This document shows positions 35,413-48,847 of a stretch of 64,000 bases of DNA, piece after piece. The stretch's first letter is position 1, and every line of letters starts with the position of its first letter. This DNA is from Leidyana gryllorum EB-2025a. Lineage: Eukaryota > Protista > Apicomplexa. Under the pieces are notes generated by a model. That model made no database searches and was not told where the DNA came from. It saw only the letters and a program-made list of their open reading frames with translations. The position numbers were made by a program, and so were the translations under genes. Location of the stretch: assembly GCA_048772705.1 (NCBI GenBank), contig JBLWGC010000217.1, positions 26,455 through 90,454 on the forward strand. Reading direction: 5' to 3'.

Positions 35413-37086
35413 TAAGGAGTCGAGTGTCGCTGGGAGAAAGGGTCGGCTACCGGCCGGATTCGCCGTAGTCAGATGCTGTACCAAGTGAGCGAACCCCCGT
35501 CGTGTGACCCTTGTACATCGAAGTTTGCTCCCGAACAGCCTCTATGAGCACCGCTTGCGGTGCTGCAACCCGCGACTGCAACACGCGAAGAGGCTATCGC
35601 TATCTATCCAATTCGCCATGTGGGCGGGCAGCATTTCAACAACCTTGGCCAGACATGATTGATCCTCGGTGGCTGGAGCTCGCAAGACAGAGCACCGAAC
35701 GAAGTCTATAGCGAGCTGTGCTGTAAGACCGGCAATCGTACACAGGTGTTCCGCGTGACGGGCGGAAATACTAAAGACTTTGGTGGACCTGCCCAATGAC
35801 TTGCATGGCTCCACCCTAAGGCAGATGGACTGTAACTAAGTTTCGCGTTTCCTTGTCGTCCTAGCTCTGTCGGTAGAGCGCAAGCCTCCTAATCTTGCAG
35901 TCGTAGATTGAAGTCCCGTGGGCGGTGCGGACCAATGAGTCGGGAGTAAGAATGCAGTATGTTGCCTACAAGCCCACCCAGCTGCATTTCCGCTGCCGGG
36001 ACTCGAACCGGGATGGTGCGGGTAGGAGCCGCATATACTGACCACCTACACTAAAGGGGACGGGTCACCACAGTTGCACTGTTACTGACCTCTGAAACAT
36101 TGTCGCTGGGTCTTGTAGCTCGGTCGGCAGAGCGTGTGGCTGTTAACCACAAACCCGCCGGTTCGAAACCTGCCAGGACCGGTTTTAGAGGCACCCTAGA
36201 CACTGACTGCGCTGCTCTCCCAATGGCACTTGTGGTCTGCGACCCTTCAAAGATGTAAGGTTGGGTTTGGCTCCCGCCACGTACAGCCGTAGCGTACTTT
36301 GGACGACCTGGGCGGCATCGATCCCAGTACCTCTCGCATGCTAAGCGAGCGCTCTACCATTTGAGCTAGTCGCCCATTGAGCAAACCCCAGTACATCCAG
36401 TTCTTTTTTACATGGTATGACCAGTCTCTCCACTTTGCACAAACGAAGCCACGCAGGAAACGGCTGGAGGGACCCGAATCCTCAACCTTCGCCTTAGGAG
36501 GGCAACGCGCTATGCATTGCGGCACAACCGCATTCGCAACCCATCCACCGAGCTGCCCCAAGGTGTCTCCTCTTACACCTAACTAGTATCGAGATGACCG
36601 AAGCTTGTCTATGGTGCGGTGGCCTAATGGATAGGGCATCGGTCTTCGGAACCGGGAGTTGTGGGTTCGAGTCCCATCCGCATCATAGCCTCTCACGCGA
36701 AAGACGTTCCGCAAGCTTGCTTGCCGCGCATGTCGAGTTGGAGTGCTCGTGATATGATTTTCCTTCCCTTGGAGAGTGCCTCTGAAACCGGTCCTGGCAG
36801 GTTTCGAACCTGCGACTTTGTGGTTAACAGCCACACGCTCTGCCGACTGAGCTACAAGACCCAGCTACAATGTTTCAGAGGTTAGTATAGAGATCCTCCC
36901 TTATTCTAGCGCAGGATTCTGCAATCACGTCTTGTCAAGAGGGTACGGCTCTCGGCTAAAGCTGCAGCTGAGGGAGTTGTCCACTGTAGTCTAAGTGGCT
37001 AGGATATGTGGCTTTCACCCGCACGATCCGGGTTCAAGTCCCGGCAGTGGAAATCCAGCTGAGTGTGCTTGCAGGCAACAGATCCA

Positions 37087-37159
37087 CACCGCCCGCGGGG
37101 CTCGAACCCGCGACTGCAAGATTAAAAGTCTTGCGCTCTACCGACTGAGCTAGGGCGGC
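37087..37159 (-). tRNA. trnK: tRNA-Lys(TTT)
   Basis: intact consensus copy. Confidence 0.9.
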
Positions 37160-37779
37160 AAGGAAGCTCTAAACTTAGTTACACCCTCTTTGCCGTTGGG
37201 TGGAGCAGTGGAAGGATTGACTGGTGGAACAATGTGCTCAGTAACTGCCGTCAATAGTGACTGATGCGTGATTACCAGCTGATATTGCCTTCTAAGCTTA
37301 GGGGCAGAGCATTCGCTTAGTAAGCGAAAGGTCGCCGGTTCGATTCCGGCAGAAGGCTTGACTGCATCGACTGGGCACCAGCTCCAATCATCGTAGCTGA
37401 GTCTCTTAGCCACAAAGTCGCAGGTTTGGGACCTCCCAGTACCTGAGGCACCCACAGGGGGCCAGACCAGCTGAGACAAAATCTGAGTTGCAGCAGTTGT
37501 GAGGGGCTGGAACTGCTCTGAGACCGGGAATCGAACCCGGGTCTTCCGAGTGACAGGCGGAAATACTAACCACTATACTATCTCAAATGCTCTGAATACG
37601 CCGGCCTCCAACCCCAAAAGTTCTTCCATTATGATTCCAAGCACAGAAAACCCGTGGAGCGGCGAGCCAACAACATCCCGGCAAGATGGCCGATTTGTCT
37701 AAGGCGCTGTGCTCAGACCGCAGTCCGACAGAGCGAAGATCTGGGGTTGAGCCTTTCGAACCCCGGAGCAGTTGGACGG

Positions 37780-37859
37780 CCGGGGGTAGCTCAGTTGGTA
37801 GAGCATCTGACTGTAGTGCTGGCATCAGATAGTCGGCGGTTCGATTCCGTCCCACCGGA
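37780..37859 (+). tRNA. trnY: tRNA-Tyr(GTA); intron 37817-37823
   Basis: anticodon 37813-37815, G37, intron TGCTGGC, A38. Confidence 0.87.
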
Positions 37860-38308
37860 AGTAGAGTGGTGATTGGCAAAGTACTAGACAGCGTTGATAG
37901 GCCAACCAGACTACTCTGGCGAGGGTTCCATCTATGTAGTTCGGATGGGCTGAGAATCGATCCCGGAACCTTTCGTATACCCAGCACCGTTTCATCGTCT
38001 GGGCTAGCCTCCCTCTGTGCCTACCTCATGGCATTGAGTGATACTCCACATAGTGAGACGAGTCTCTCGACTGTACCCAGCGGGTTGAACCACCGGCTAG
38101 GCGGCTGTTTGGTCTAGTGGTATGATCCTTCCTTAGGGTGGAAGGAGTCCTGGGTTCGATTCCCAGAACAGCCCTCTTGGTTGTCGGTTGACCCGATGGG
38201 ATAAGCAGGTTTTAGAAGTAACACAGCCACCTCGTTACCACTTCGGCACTCAAGGCAATAAACATCTCAAAAATCGCATTTCGGCTCCCTCTTCCATGGT
38301 GCAGACTG

Positions 38309-38380
38309 AGCAGTGTAGCTCAGTGGAAGAGTGTTGGGCTCATAACCCAAAGGTCCGTCGATCGAAACGACGCACTGCTA
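38309..38380 (+). tRNA. trnM: initiator tRNA-Met(CAT)
   Basis: intact consensus copy. Confidence 0.9.
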
Positions 38381-39078
38381 AGTGTGCGCAGGAGGGAAAC
38401 AGTTATAGAATTGACTGGGTCGTGAGCAAAGCCTTCTGCCGGAATCGAGCTGGCGCTTACGAAGCGAACGCTCTGCCCCTAAGCTTAGAAGGCAATGTAA
38501 GTCGGAGATAACGAAGCGATGGCTACTGACGGAGATTAGTGGAGCACTTTGCTCGAGTACTTCAATGACTTCCACTGCCGGGACTTGAACCCGGATCGTG
38601 CGGGTGAGAGCCGCATATCCTAGCCACTTAGACTACAGTGGACAACTCCCTCAGCCGCAGCTTTAGCCGAGAGCCGTACCCTCTTGACAAGACGTGGTTG
38701 CAATCCTGCGGTACAAAAAGGAGGATGTCTATACTAACCTGTGAACCATTGTAGCTGGGCCTTGTAGCTCAGTCGGCAGAGCGTGTGGCTGTTAACCACA
38801 AAGTCGCAGGTTCGAAACCCGCCAGGACCGGTTTCAGAGGCACACTAAACACTGACTGCGCTGCTCTCCCAATGGCACTTGTGGTCTGCGACTCTTCAAA
38901 GATGTAAGTTTGTTTGGATCCTGCGACGTGCAGCCGTATGTACTTTGGACGACCTGGGTATCGATCCCAGTACCTCTCGCATGCAAAGCGAGCGCTGCAC
39001 CATCTGAGCTGGCCGCCCATCCGTACAACATGGAAGACCTATTGGATGCAGTGGCTGACCGAGTGCCGATACAATGGC

Positions 39079-39158
39079 TGACAAGAGTGGGATTCGAACC
39101 CACGCCCTTTCGGACTGCGGCCTAAACACAGCGCCTTAGACCACTCGGCCATCTTGCC
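39079..39158 (-). tRNA. trnL: tRNA-Leu(TAG)
   Basis: CTGTG-TT TAG GC-CGCAG; same body as Leu AAG/CAG. Confidence 0.85.
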
Positions 39159-40559
39159 GCTGTGTTGGTTCGTCCCTCCACGCATTTTTTGTCCGTGAGC
39201 CGAAAAAGAAAGACTTCTGGGATTGGAGGCCGGCGTGTTCAGAGGGTCCGAGTTAGTATAGTGGTTAGTGTCTCCGCCTGTCACGCGGAAGACCCGGGTT
39301 CGATTCCCGGCCTCGAAACGCAGGTGGTTTCGCTTAAGATTGTCTTTTTTGGTGCCCGCTGAAAGTTGCGAGCTACAGCCACCGAGGATCGAATTCGGGA
39401 CCTTCTGCGTGTGAAGCAGACGTCGTAACCACTAGACCATGGCTGCGTGGATGGTCCCCGCAGCCCAAGAGAAGTGGCGAAGCTTCAGGGAGTAGTGAGG
39501 ACCAGTTCAAGGGTCGCGCCGGGATCGAACCCAGGTCGGAAAATCCAAAGTGTCGAGTGCTAACCATCAAGGACGCAACCGGTTCAGCCCATCCCAGAAG
39601 AGTCGGACTAGCGCTTCCTCAACTGGACACATGCAACACGGGTCTTGTATACAGACCCCAGCGTCAAGAGTTGGATTCGAGTCGGGCAAAAACCCAATCA
39701 TTCAACCAGTTGCGCTCTCCCCGAATGCTACCGACAAGGGTGAGATTCGAACTCACGCGGGTGGAACCCAACGGCTTAGCAGGCCGCCGCCTTAACCACT
39801 CGGCCACCTTGCCGACGACATCTCTTACTCGCTGGCACTTTTTCACAACGGTTTGGGGTCCTAGTCAAGCTTGCTGAACCGTATGTGACATCACTGGCCG
39901 CAAAATGCCGAGCTCAACAGGTGGCAACTTGCCCGAGTGGTTAAGGGGGTAGACTCGAAATCTACTGGGCCTGGCCCGCGGTGGTTCAAATCCAGCAGTT
40001 GTCGTGCGATGTGGTGGAAATGATGCAATTCCCAGCATCAAAAACTCATATGGGTCGAGACAGGGAATGCCTCCTTAGCTTAGGGGCAGAGCATTCGCTT
40101 TGTAAGCGAAAGGTCGCTGGTTCGATTCCGGCAGGAGGCTTCAGTCATTAGCCTAAACATGGTTGCGATCATCCGCCCGCATTTTCGGACGGCGGCTTGC
40201 ACACAGCACTCCATCTTGCCGAAGTGTTACCCGTTTCCTGTCCGTGTTAGACAGCCTATCGATGGATCAAAGGGCACAAAACCCGATAGCCTGACATGTG
40301 AAGTGGCTCTACTCCCAGAGCTGGAACTTCCGTAGTATGTGGGAGCCGCGTGTCAGCCCAACAGACTACAAAGGTTGGAGTGACGGGACAGAAAGCGAGC
40401 TGGCAACATGGCCAAATGCACTACTTCTGAAACCTCACCACTCCTCTTGGGCTGCGGGGACCATCCGTGCAGCTATGATCTAGTGGTCACGACGTACACG
40501 GCCGTTTTGCTTCAAGTGAGGAGGCAGGATCGAGTTGAGTGAGTATGAGGGGCAGTTCT

Positions 40560-40631
40560 GGGTACGTAGCTCAGTGGTAGAGCAGCTGACTGCAGATCAG
40601 CAAGTCCGTGGTTCAACTCCGCGCGTGCCCT
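40560..40631 (+). tRNA. trnC: tRNA-Cys(GCA)
   Basis: matches the 1763-1834 copy. Confidence 0.88.
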
Positions 40632-41227
40632 GAAGATGGAATGAAACGTTCGAAGATGTTGGCTCAGCCATACCGTCATGTGATCGAGACAGGGCCTGCC
40701 TGGTTAGCTGAGGGGCAGAACGCTCGCACGGGCGCGAGGGATTTTGACACTAGATGTCACAACCTCTCTGCCTCGGCTGTGGATCGAACACGGGACTTCC
40801 AGATCCTCAGTCTGGCGCTCTCCCAACTGAGCTACCGAGGCGCTAGAAACCCTTGAAACGCGGTGAAGATAGGCACTCACCGCAGCCCTCTGTGGAGCCA
40901 CTGCCCGCGGGATATCCAATACAACACCAAGACCACAAGTGCGGTTCAGAGAGTAGGGTTCGGCAGAACCCGGCCCTAAGAGGTTTCGAACTTATCGATG
41001 CATTAAAGCCTTCTGCCGGAATCGAGCCGCCGACGTCTCGTTTACGAAGCAAACGCTCTGCCCCTAAGCTTACAAGGGAATCCAAGAAGGAAATCACGCA
41101 TCTAAGCCCGTTGAGGGAGGTTGTTGAAGTACTCCAAGGACTTCCACTGCCCCTCATGTGATCGAGACAGGGCCTGCCTGGTTAGCTGAGGGGCGAGGAA
41201 TGCTGACACCAGATGTCACGACCTCTC

Positions 41228-41300
41228 TGCCTCGGCCGTGGATCGAACACGGGACTTCCAGATCTTCAGTCTGGCGCTCTCCCAACTGAGCTACCGAGGC
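41228..41300 (-). tRNA. trnF: tRNA-Phe(GAA)
   Basis: intact consensus copy. Confidence 0.9.
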
Positions 41301-42300
41301 GCTAGAAAGTCATGGAAGGCGGTGAAAATAAGCACTTAGCGCGACCGTATGTGGGGCCAACTCACGCATGAATTGTTGGAATGGTGAAAAACAAGCACGT
41401 GTCCTCTGCATCTGCCGGGAATCGAACCCGGGTCGTCTCGATGGCAACGAGACATTCTACCACTAGACCACAGATGCGTGACACCTTGTTGTTGAAGCTC
41501 GTACACGGTAGCGGCCGTTTTCTGAACGAATGGAATGTCCGTGGCGTGTTCAGAGCGTCCGAGATAGCATAGTGGTTACTATTTTCGCATGTCACGACTA
41601 AGAAGCGGGCCCGATGCCGGTAAATGAGTCTGGAACGGGGGATGGTTTTGAGCCTATGACGCAACGGTAGCGCGTCTGACTCCAGATCAGAAGGTTGGGT
41701 GTTCAAATCACTCTGGGCTCAACCGGACTCTATGTTTTTCCCGTTTGGGGCGCAACCTGACAAAAGTGGGATTCGAAGCCACGACCTTTCGGACTCCGGT
41801 CTGAGCACAGCGCCTCAGACCACTCGGTCACCTTGCCGGGATGTTGTTGACTCGCCGCTCCACACGTTTTCTGTGCTTGAAATCTCATAATGGAAGAACT
41901 TTTGGGGTTGGAGGCCGGCGTGTTCAGAGCGTCCGAGATAGTATAGTGGTTAGTATTTCCGCCTGTCACGCGGAAGACCCGGGTTCGATTCCCGGTCTCG
42001 GAGCAGTTCCAGTCCCTCACAACTGCTGCAACTCAGATTTTGTCTCAGCTGGTCTGGACTTCATCCGGGATTGTACGAGTGGGAGCCGCGTATAGAAGCC
42101 GACCTTGGAGAGACGTGGCATTGAGTCAACAACTATCAGACGGGCTGTTCTGGGAATCGAACCCAGGACTTCTTCCACCCGAAGGAAGAATCATACCACT
42201 AGACCAAACAGCCGGCTGTCGGTCGAGCAACCCGCTGGGTACAGTCGAGAGAGTGGTCATACGATGTTGAGAACAAAAAAATCGATGGGGTTTGCGCAAC

Positions 42301-42373
42301 GGGCGACTAGCTCAAATGGTAGAGCGCTCGCTTAGCATGCGAGAGGTACTGGGATCGATGCCCAGGTCGTCCA
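42301..42373 (+). tRNA. trnA: tRNA-Ala(AGC)
   Basis: intact consensus copy. Confidence 0.9.
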
Positions 42374-43546
42374 AACTTCGTAGTCTGCAACTGCCGCTAT
42401 TTTGCTACAGAGTTGAAAGCTTTCAAGTGTGCCCTGTACCCCTTGGATAGACTCGGGCACGGCAGGATGTGTGAAGGTTGCCTCAGAGCCCGGAATTCCG
42501 AGTTTGTATTTAACAATCACACACTCTGCCGACTAAGATACAACAGTTACGATATTTCAAAGGTCAGTAGAGAGACGCGTGTTGCATGTGTCCAGTTAGC
42601 GCTAGTCCGGATGGCTCTACCAACTCTTTTTTGGGAAGGACTGAATGGGTTGCGTGGTGTAGTGGTCAGCACTGGAGACTCTGAATCTCCCGACCTAGGT
42701 TCGATTCCCGGCGCGACCTCAAAACTGGTCCTCACTACTTCGTAAAAGCTCGCCACTTCTCTCTTGGTCTGCGGGACCTTCGCTGCAGCCATGGTCTAGT
42801 GGTCACGACGTCTGCTTCACACGCAGAAGGTCCCGAGTTCGATCCTCGGTGGCTGTAACTCGCGTTTGTCAGATGAGCACCACGAAATCTAAAGCGGAAG
42901 AACGAAGTGTCTCCGAGACCGGGAATCAAACCCGGGTCTTCCGCGTGACAGGCGGAAATACTAACCACTATACTATCTCGGACGCTCTTGGATACCCCGG
43001 CCTTCAACCCCAAAAGCCTTCCTTCTCGAGACTTCACGAACAGAAAACGTGTAAAGTGGCGAGCCAAGAACACTCCGGCAAGATGGCCGAGTGGTCCGAG
43101 GCGCTGTGTTAAGGCCGCAGTCCGAAAGGGCGTGTGTTCGAATCCCACTCTTGTCAGCCGTTGTATCGGCCCTCGGTCAGCCACTGGATGCACTAGGTCT
43201 TCCATGTAGAGCGGATGAGCGGATGGGCGGCTAGCTCAGATCGTAGAGCGCTCGATTCGCATGCGAGAGGTACTGGGATCGATACCCAGGTCGTCCAAAC
43301 TTAGTAGGGCGGCACCTGCTGGTAGTTAAATACAGAGTTGCACCTCTAAGAGGGCGTGGCATATCGGAGCTCCGGTACTGCTAGGCTTCGAAACTGCGAC
43401 TTTGTGGTAAACAGCTACACGCTTTGCCGACTGAGCTACAAGACTTAATTGCAATGTTCTTTTAAGCGAGGAAAAATCATACCTTCAGACCAAACGTCAA
43501 ATGCTGGAGTACTCGGCGGTCGCGTTCGGCTGTCATTGGGTTGATT

Positions 43547-43620
43547 TGCTCCCCGGGGGGATCGAACCCTCGACCTTCGGCACATAAGGCCGATGCTCTA
43601 ACCAGCTGAGCTAGGGGAGC
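43547..43620 (-). tRNA. trnI: tRNA-Ile(TAT), intronless; only copy seen
   Basis: GCTCCCC/GGGGAGC-A, TCGGC-CT TAT GT-GCCGA; one T-stem mismatch. Confidence 0.82.
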
Positions 43621-44263
43621 GATCACCGCCGTTCCACCGCGTAACTCACATTCGATTCTATCTCAGGGGGTTGTTACATCAAGTGTCAGAATGCCCCGGC
43701 CTCGTGCCGACCAAGCTTGTCAGCGTCTCTGCTAATTTGCCACGGCGGTTTGAGGCGTGCCTCCTGCGTCTGTCGGGAATCGAACCTGGGTCGTCTCGGT
43801 GGCAACGACACATTCTGCCACAAGACCACAGATGCACAACTCGTTGTTGTTTAAGCTCGTGCACAATACCGGCCGTTTTGCTTCAGAAGAGAAGACAGAA
43901 TCGAGTTGAGCGAGTATGACGGGTAGTTTGTGGGTACGTAGCTCAGTGGTAGAGCAGCTGACTGCAGATCTGCAAGTCCGTGGTTTAACTCCGGGCGTGC
44001 CCTGAAGATGGTTCGGAACGATCGGAGATGTTGGACCACGCAATGAGTCTGGAGGGGGGATGATTTTAAGCCTATGGCGGAACGTAGCGCGTCTGACTCC
44101 TGCTTAGAAAATTGGGTGCTGTCCGCCAATGTTGCGTCCTTGGTGGTTAGCACTCGACACTTTGGATTTTCCGACCTGGGTTCGATCCCGGCGCGACCCT
44201 TGAACTGGTCCTCACTACTCCCTGAAGCTTCGCCACTTCTCTTGGGCTGCGGGGACCATCCAT

Positions 44264-44336
44264 GCAGCCATGGTCTAGTGGTTACGACGTCTGCTTACCA
44301 CGCAGAAGGTCCTGAGTTCGATCCTCGGTGGCTGTA
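44264..44336 (+). tRNA. Val-body tRNA with ACC (Gly) anticodon
   Basis: TCTGC-TT ACC AC-GCAGA (44297-44299); stems still pair. Confidence 0.75.
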
Positions 44337-45383
44337 GCTCGCAACTTTCAGCGGGCACCAAAAAAGACAATCTTAAGCGAGATCAACTGTGCTCCGAGAC
44401 CGGGAATCGAACCTGGGTCTTCCGCGTGACTGGCGGAAAAACTAATCACTATACTATATCGGACGCTCCAACACACCGGCCTGAAACCCCAAAAGTCTTT
44501 CCATCTTGAGATTCCAGGGACAGAAAACGCGTGGAGCGGCGAGCCAACAACATCCCGGCAAGATGACCAAGTGGTCTGAGGCGCTGTGCTCAGACCGGAG
44601 TCCGAAAGGTCGTGGGTTCGAATCCCACTTTTGTCAGGTTGCGCCCCAAACGGGAAAAACATAGAGTCCGGTTGAGCCCAGAGTGATTCGAACACCCAAC
44701 CTTCTGATCTGGAGTCAGACGCGCTACCATTGCGCCACAGGCCCAAAACCATCTCCCGTTCCAAACTAATTGCCTTGTGGTCAGGAATGGAGGTCCAACA
44801 TCTCCGATCGGTCCAAACCATCTTCAGGGCACGCGCGGAGTTGAACCACGGACTTGCTGATCTGCAGTCAGCTGCTCTACCACTGAGCTACGTACCCACA
44901 AACTACCCGTCATACTCGCTCAACTCGATTTGTCTTCTCATTTGAAGCAAAACGGCCGTTATTGTGCACGAGCTTGAACAACAACGAGTCATGCATCTGT
45001 GGTCTAGTGGTAGAATGTGTCGTTGCCACCGAGACGACCCAGGTTCGATTCCCGGCAGACGCAGGAGGCACGCCTCAAACAGCCGTGGCAGATTGACAGA
45101 GACGCTGACGAGCTTCGGCACGAGGCCCGACCAGGGGCTGTTCGGTCTGCAGGTATGATTTTTCCTCGCTTGGAAGAACATTGCAACTGGGTCTTGTAGC
45201 TCAGTCGGCAAAGCGTGTAGCGGTTTACCACAAAGTCGCCCTACTGAGTTTGGACGACCTGGGTATCGATCCCAGTACCTCTCGCATGCAAAGCGAGCGC
45301 TCTACCATCTGAGCTAGCCGCCCATCCGCTCTACATGGAAAACCTTCTGCATCCAGTGGCTGACCGAGTGCCGATACAACGGC

Positions 45384-45463
45384 TGACAAGAGTGGGATTC
45401 GAACCCACGCCCTTTCGGACTGCGGCCTTAACACAGCGCCTTAGACCACTCGGCCATCTTGCC
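45384..45463 (-). tRNA. trnL: tRNA-Leu(AAG)
   Basis: CTGTG-TT AAG GC-CGCAG. Confidence 0.9.
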
Positions 45464-47023
45464 GGAGTGTTCTTGGCTCGCCACTTGACACGTTTTCTTC
45501 GCGTGAAGTGTCGAGAAGGAAGGCTTTTGGGGTTGAAGACCCGCGCCCGATGCCCGTTCCGAAGCACGGTCGATTCCGCTTAGGACTGTTTCCTTTGGTT
45601 CTCGCTGAAAGTTGCGAGCTACAGCCACCGATGATTGAACTCGGGACCTTCTGCGTGTAAAGCAGACGTCGTTACCACTAGACCGTGGCGGCACGAATGG
45701 TCCCCGCAGCCCAAGAGATGGCGAAAATTCAGGGAGTAGTGAGGACCGAATCGAACCCAGGTCGGGAGATTCAGAGTCTCCAGTGCTAACCACTACACCA
45801 CGCAACCGCTTCAGCCCATCCCAGAAGAGTCGGTAGAATTATCCGGACTAGCACTTTCTCAAATGAACACACCCAACACGCCCGTAATCTGTGCCGTACT
45901 TGAGAGCTTGAAGTGTCACTTTTGAGGTTCTGAGGTTGCGCCTGCGAACCTCGTCACAGTTGGACAGCCGGGGGTAGCTCAGTTGGTGGAGAATCTGACT
46001 GTAGTACTGGCATCAGATAGTCGGCGGGTCGATTCCGTCCCACCGGAAGTAGAGAGGTGCTGTGCAAACTACTACTCAACCTGATGGACTTTGGCAAAAA
46101 GCGTTGATGGGCCAACTGGAGTTAATCCGGCGAAGATTCCATCCATATTTAACTCAAATGTTGTCTTAGCTGTCGGGAGCAGCATATCTCATCCGACCTT
46201 GGCTAGACTGGCGTTTTGAGTCAACAAGTACCAGACGGGCTGTTCTGGGAATCGAACCCAGGACTTCTTCCACCCAAAGGAAGGATCATATCACTAGACC
46301 AAACAGCCGAATATTTGGGTGCATGCGACGGGATATACACACGGAGACATGAATTGACTTCCACTGTCCACCCAACGGCAAATAGGGTGTAACTAAGTTT
46401 AGAGCTTCCTTGCCGCCCTAGCTCAGTCGGTAGAGCGCAAGACTCTTAATCTTGCAGTCGCGGGTGCGAGCCCCGCGGGGGGTGCGGATTAATGTCTCTG
46501 GTGGGAGTATAAAAGAAACATTTTGCTTGCAAGCACACTCAGCTGAATTTCCCCTGCCGGGACTTGAACCAGGATCGAGCGGGTGAAAGCCTCATATCCA
46601 AGCCACATAGACTACAGTGGACGAGTCTCCGAGTTGAGGCTTCGGACGAGAGCCGTATCATGTTGAGATGAGGTGGAGCGTCGGGTTAACCGACAACCAA
46701 CGGGGCTGTTCTGGGAACCGAACCCAGGACTTCTTCCACCCGAAGGAAGAATCATACCACTAGACCAAACAGCCGCCTGTCGGTCGTGCAAACCGCTGAG
46801 GGCACTTGAGATAGTGGTCATACTATGTTCAGAACCAACAAATGCGGTGGGTGTGCACAAGTGGCGACTAGCTCAAATGATAGACCGCTCGCTTTGCATG
46901 CGAGAGGTACTGGGATTGATACCCAGGTCGTCCAAACTACATGCAACCTTCGCTATAGAGAAACGCCCGCGACGTGGTCAAAAACTGTGAGTGTTGTTCT
47001 TTTAATCCAATCGACAAGCTGCT

Positions 47024-47096
47024 GCCTACGTGGCGCAATGGATAGCGTGTTGGACTTTTATTCCAAAGGTTGCGAGTTCGAATCTCGCCGGAGGTA
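47024..47096 (+). pseudogene. Arg(TCT)-body tRNA with TTT (Lys) anticodon
   Basis: TTGGA-CT TTT AT-TCCAA (47057-47059); acceptor mismatch. Confidence 0.75.
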
Positions 47097-48126
47097 GCCA
47101 AATGATCAGCATTTTACTTCGATCTCTAGCTGCCTTGGCCGTGGAATGTTGTCCACTGTAGTCTGAGTGGCTAGGATATGCGGCTCTCACCCGCACGATC
47201 CGGGTTCAAGTCCGGCATTGGAAATCCAGCAGAGTGTGGTTCTAGGTAACGGTTCCATTCTTACTCCCAGAGACATTGATTTGCACCGCCCGCGGGGCTC
47301 GAACCCGCGACTGCAAGATTAAAAGTCTTGCGCTCTACCGACTGAGCTAGGGCAGCAACGAAGCTTTAAACTTAGTTACACCCTAGTCCGAATCTGTATC
47401 AGAGATCCACCCACTTGATCACGCCGACATACCATGTTTTCCAAGACGGTGCGGCTCTCGGCCGAAGCTCCAACTCAACGACTCGTCCACTGTAGTCTAA
47501 GTGGCTAGGATATGCGGCTTTCACCCGCACGATCCGGGTTCAAGTCCCGGCAGTGGAAGTCATTGAACTACTCTAGCAAAGTGCTCCACTAATCTCCGTC
47601 AATAGCGATTGTTTCGTCATCTCCGGCTTCCATTGCCTTCTTAGTCTAGGGGCAGAGCGTTCGCTTCGTAAGCGAGAAGTCGCCGGTTCGATTCCGGCTG
47701 GAGGCTCGACTGCATCGACTGGGCACCGGCAAGCTGCTCGCAAACTCCAATAATCGTAGCTCAGCCATCAGAGGTAAGTCTCTCACAGGAAACGGGTAAC
47801 ACTTCGTCCGAAAATGCGGGCGAATGATCGCAACCATATTTAGGCTAATGACTGAAGCCTCCTGCCGGAATCGAACCAGCGACCTTTCGGTTACAAAGTG
47901 AATGCTCTGCCCCTAAGCTAAGGAGGCATTCCCTGTCTCGACCCATATGAGTTTTTGATGCTGGGAATTGCACCATTTCCACCACATCGCACGACAACTG
48001 CTGGATTTGAACCAAAGCGGGCCAGGCCCAGTAGATTTCTAGTCTACCCCCTCAACCACTCGGGCAAGTTGCCGCTATCGAGCTTGGCATTTTGCAGCCA
48101 GTGGCTTCACATACGGTTCAGCACTG

Positions 48127-48278
48127 CTCGCGCCGGCACGAACCCGCGGTTCTCCCATCAAACGTCTTGCGCGCCACCGACGGAGTTGGGGCGGCAAGGA
48201 ACCTCGCGCCGGCACGAACCCGTGGTTCTCCCATCAAACGTCTTGCGCGCCACCGACGGAGTTGGGGCGGCAAGGAAG
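48127..48278 (+). repeat. 76-bp tandem duplication of a decayed Lys tRNA
   Basis: ctcgcgccggcacgaacccg...ggcaaggaa x2; single copy near 60797. Confidence 0.88.
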
Positions 48279-48847
48279 CTCGCCCTGTACCTGAAGAAGG
48301 CCCAAGATCCCACGATCAATACAAATGGAATTGGTTACTAAGTCCAAATCTGTATGAGAGATCCACTCACTTGATCACGCCGACATTCCATATTTTCCAA
48401 GACGGTACGGCTCTCGGGCGAAGCCCCAACTCAACCACTCGTCCACTGTAGTCTAAGTGGCTAGGATATGCGGCCTCACCCGCAAGCTCCGGGCACAAGT
48501 CCGGCAGTGGAAGTCAGTGGTTGAGGTCAGTGGAATACTCGAGCAAAGTGCCCAGCAATCTCCGTCAATAGTGTCTGATTCGTGATCTTCGGCCTGCATT
48601 GCCTTCTTAGCTTAGAGGCAGAGCATTCGCTTAGTAATCGAAAGGTCGACGGTTCGATTCCGGCAGGAGGCTTCAGTCAGGAGCCCAAACATGGTTGCGA
48701 TCTCCGCCCGCATTTTCGGACGGCGGCTTGCAGACAGCACTCGACCATCTCGCCGAAGTGTTGTTGGAACCTGCCAGTACCTGACGCACCCACTAGCTCA
48801 ACGCAGACTGCGGCCGAGTCTCGGGGTGCTGAAGCTCTTTCTCGAGT

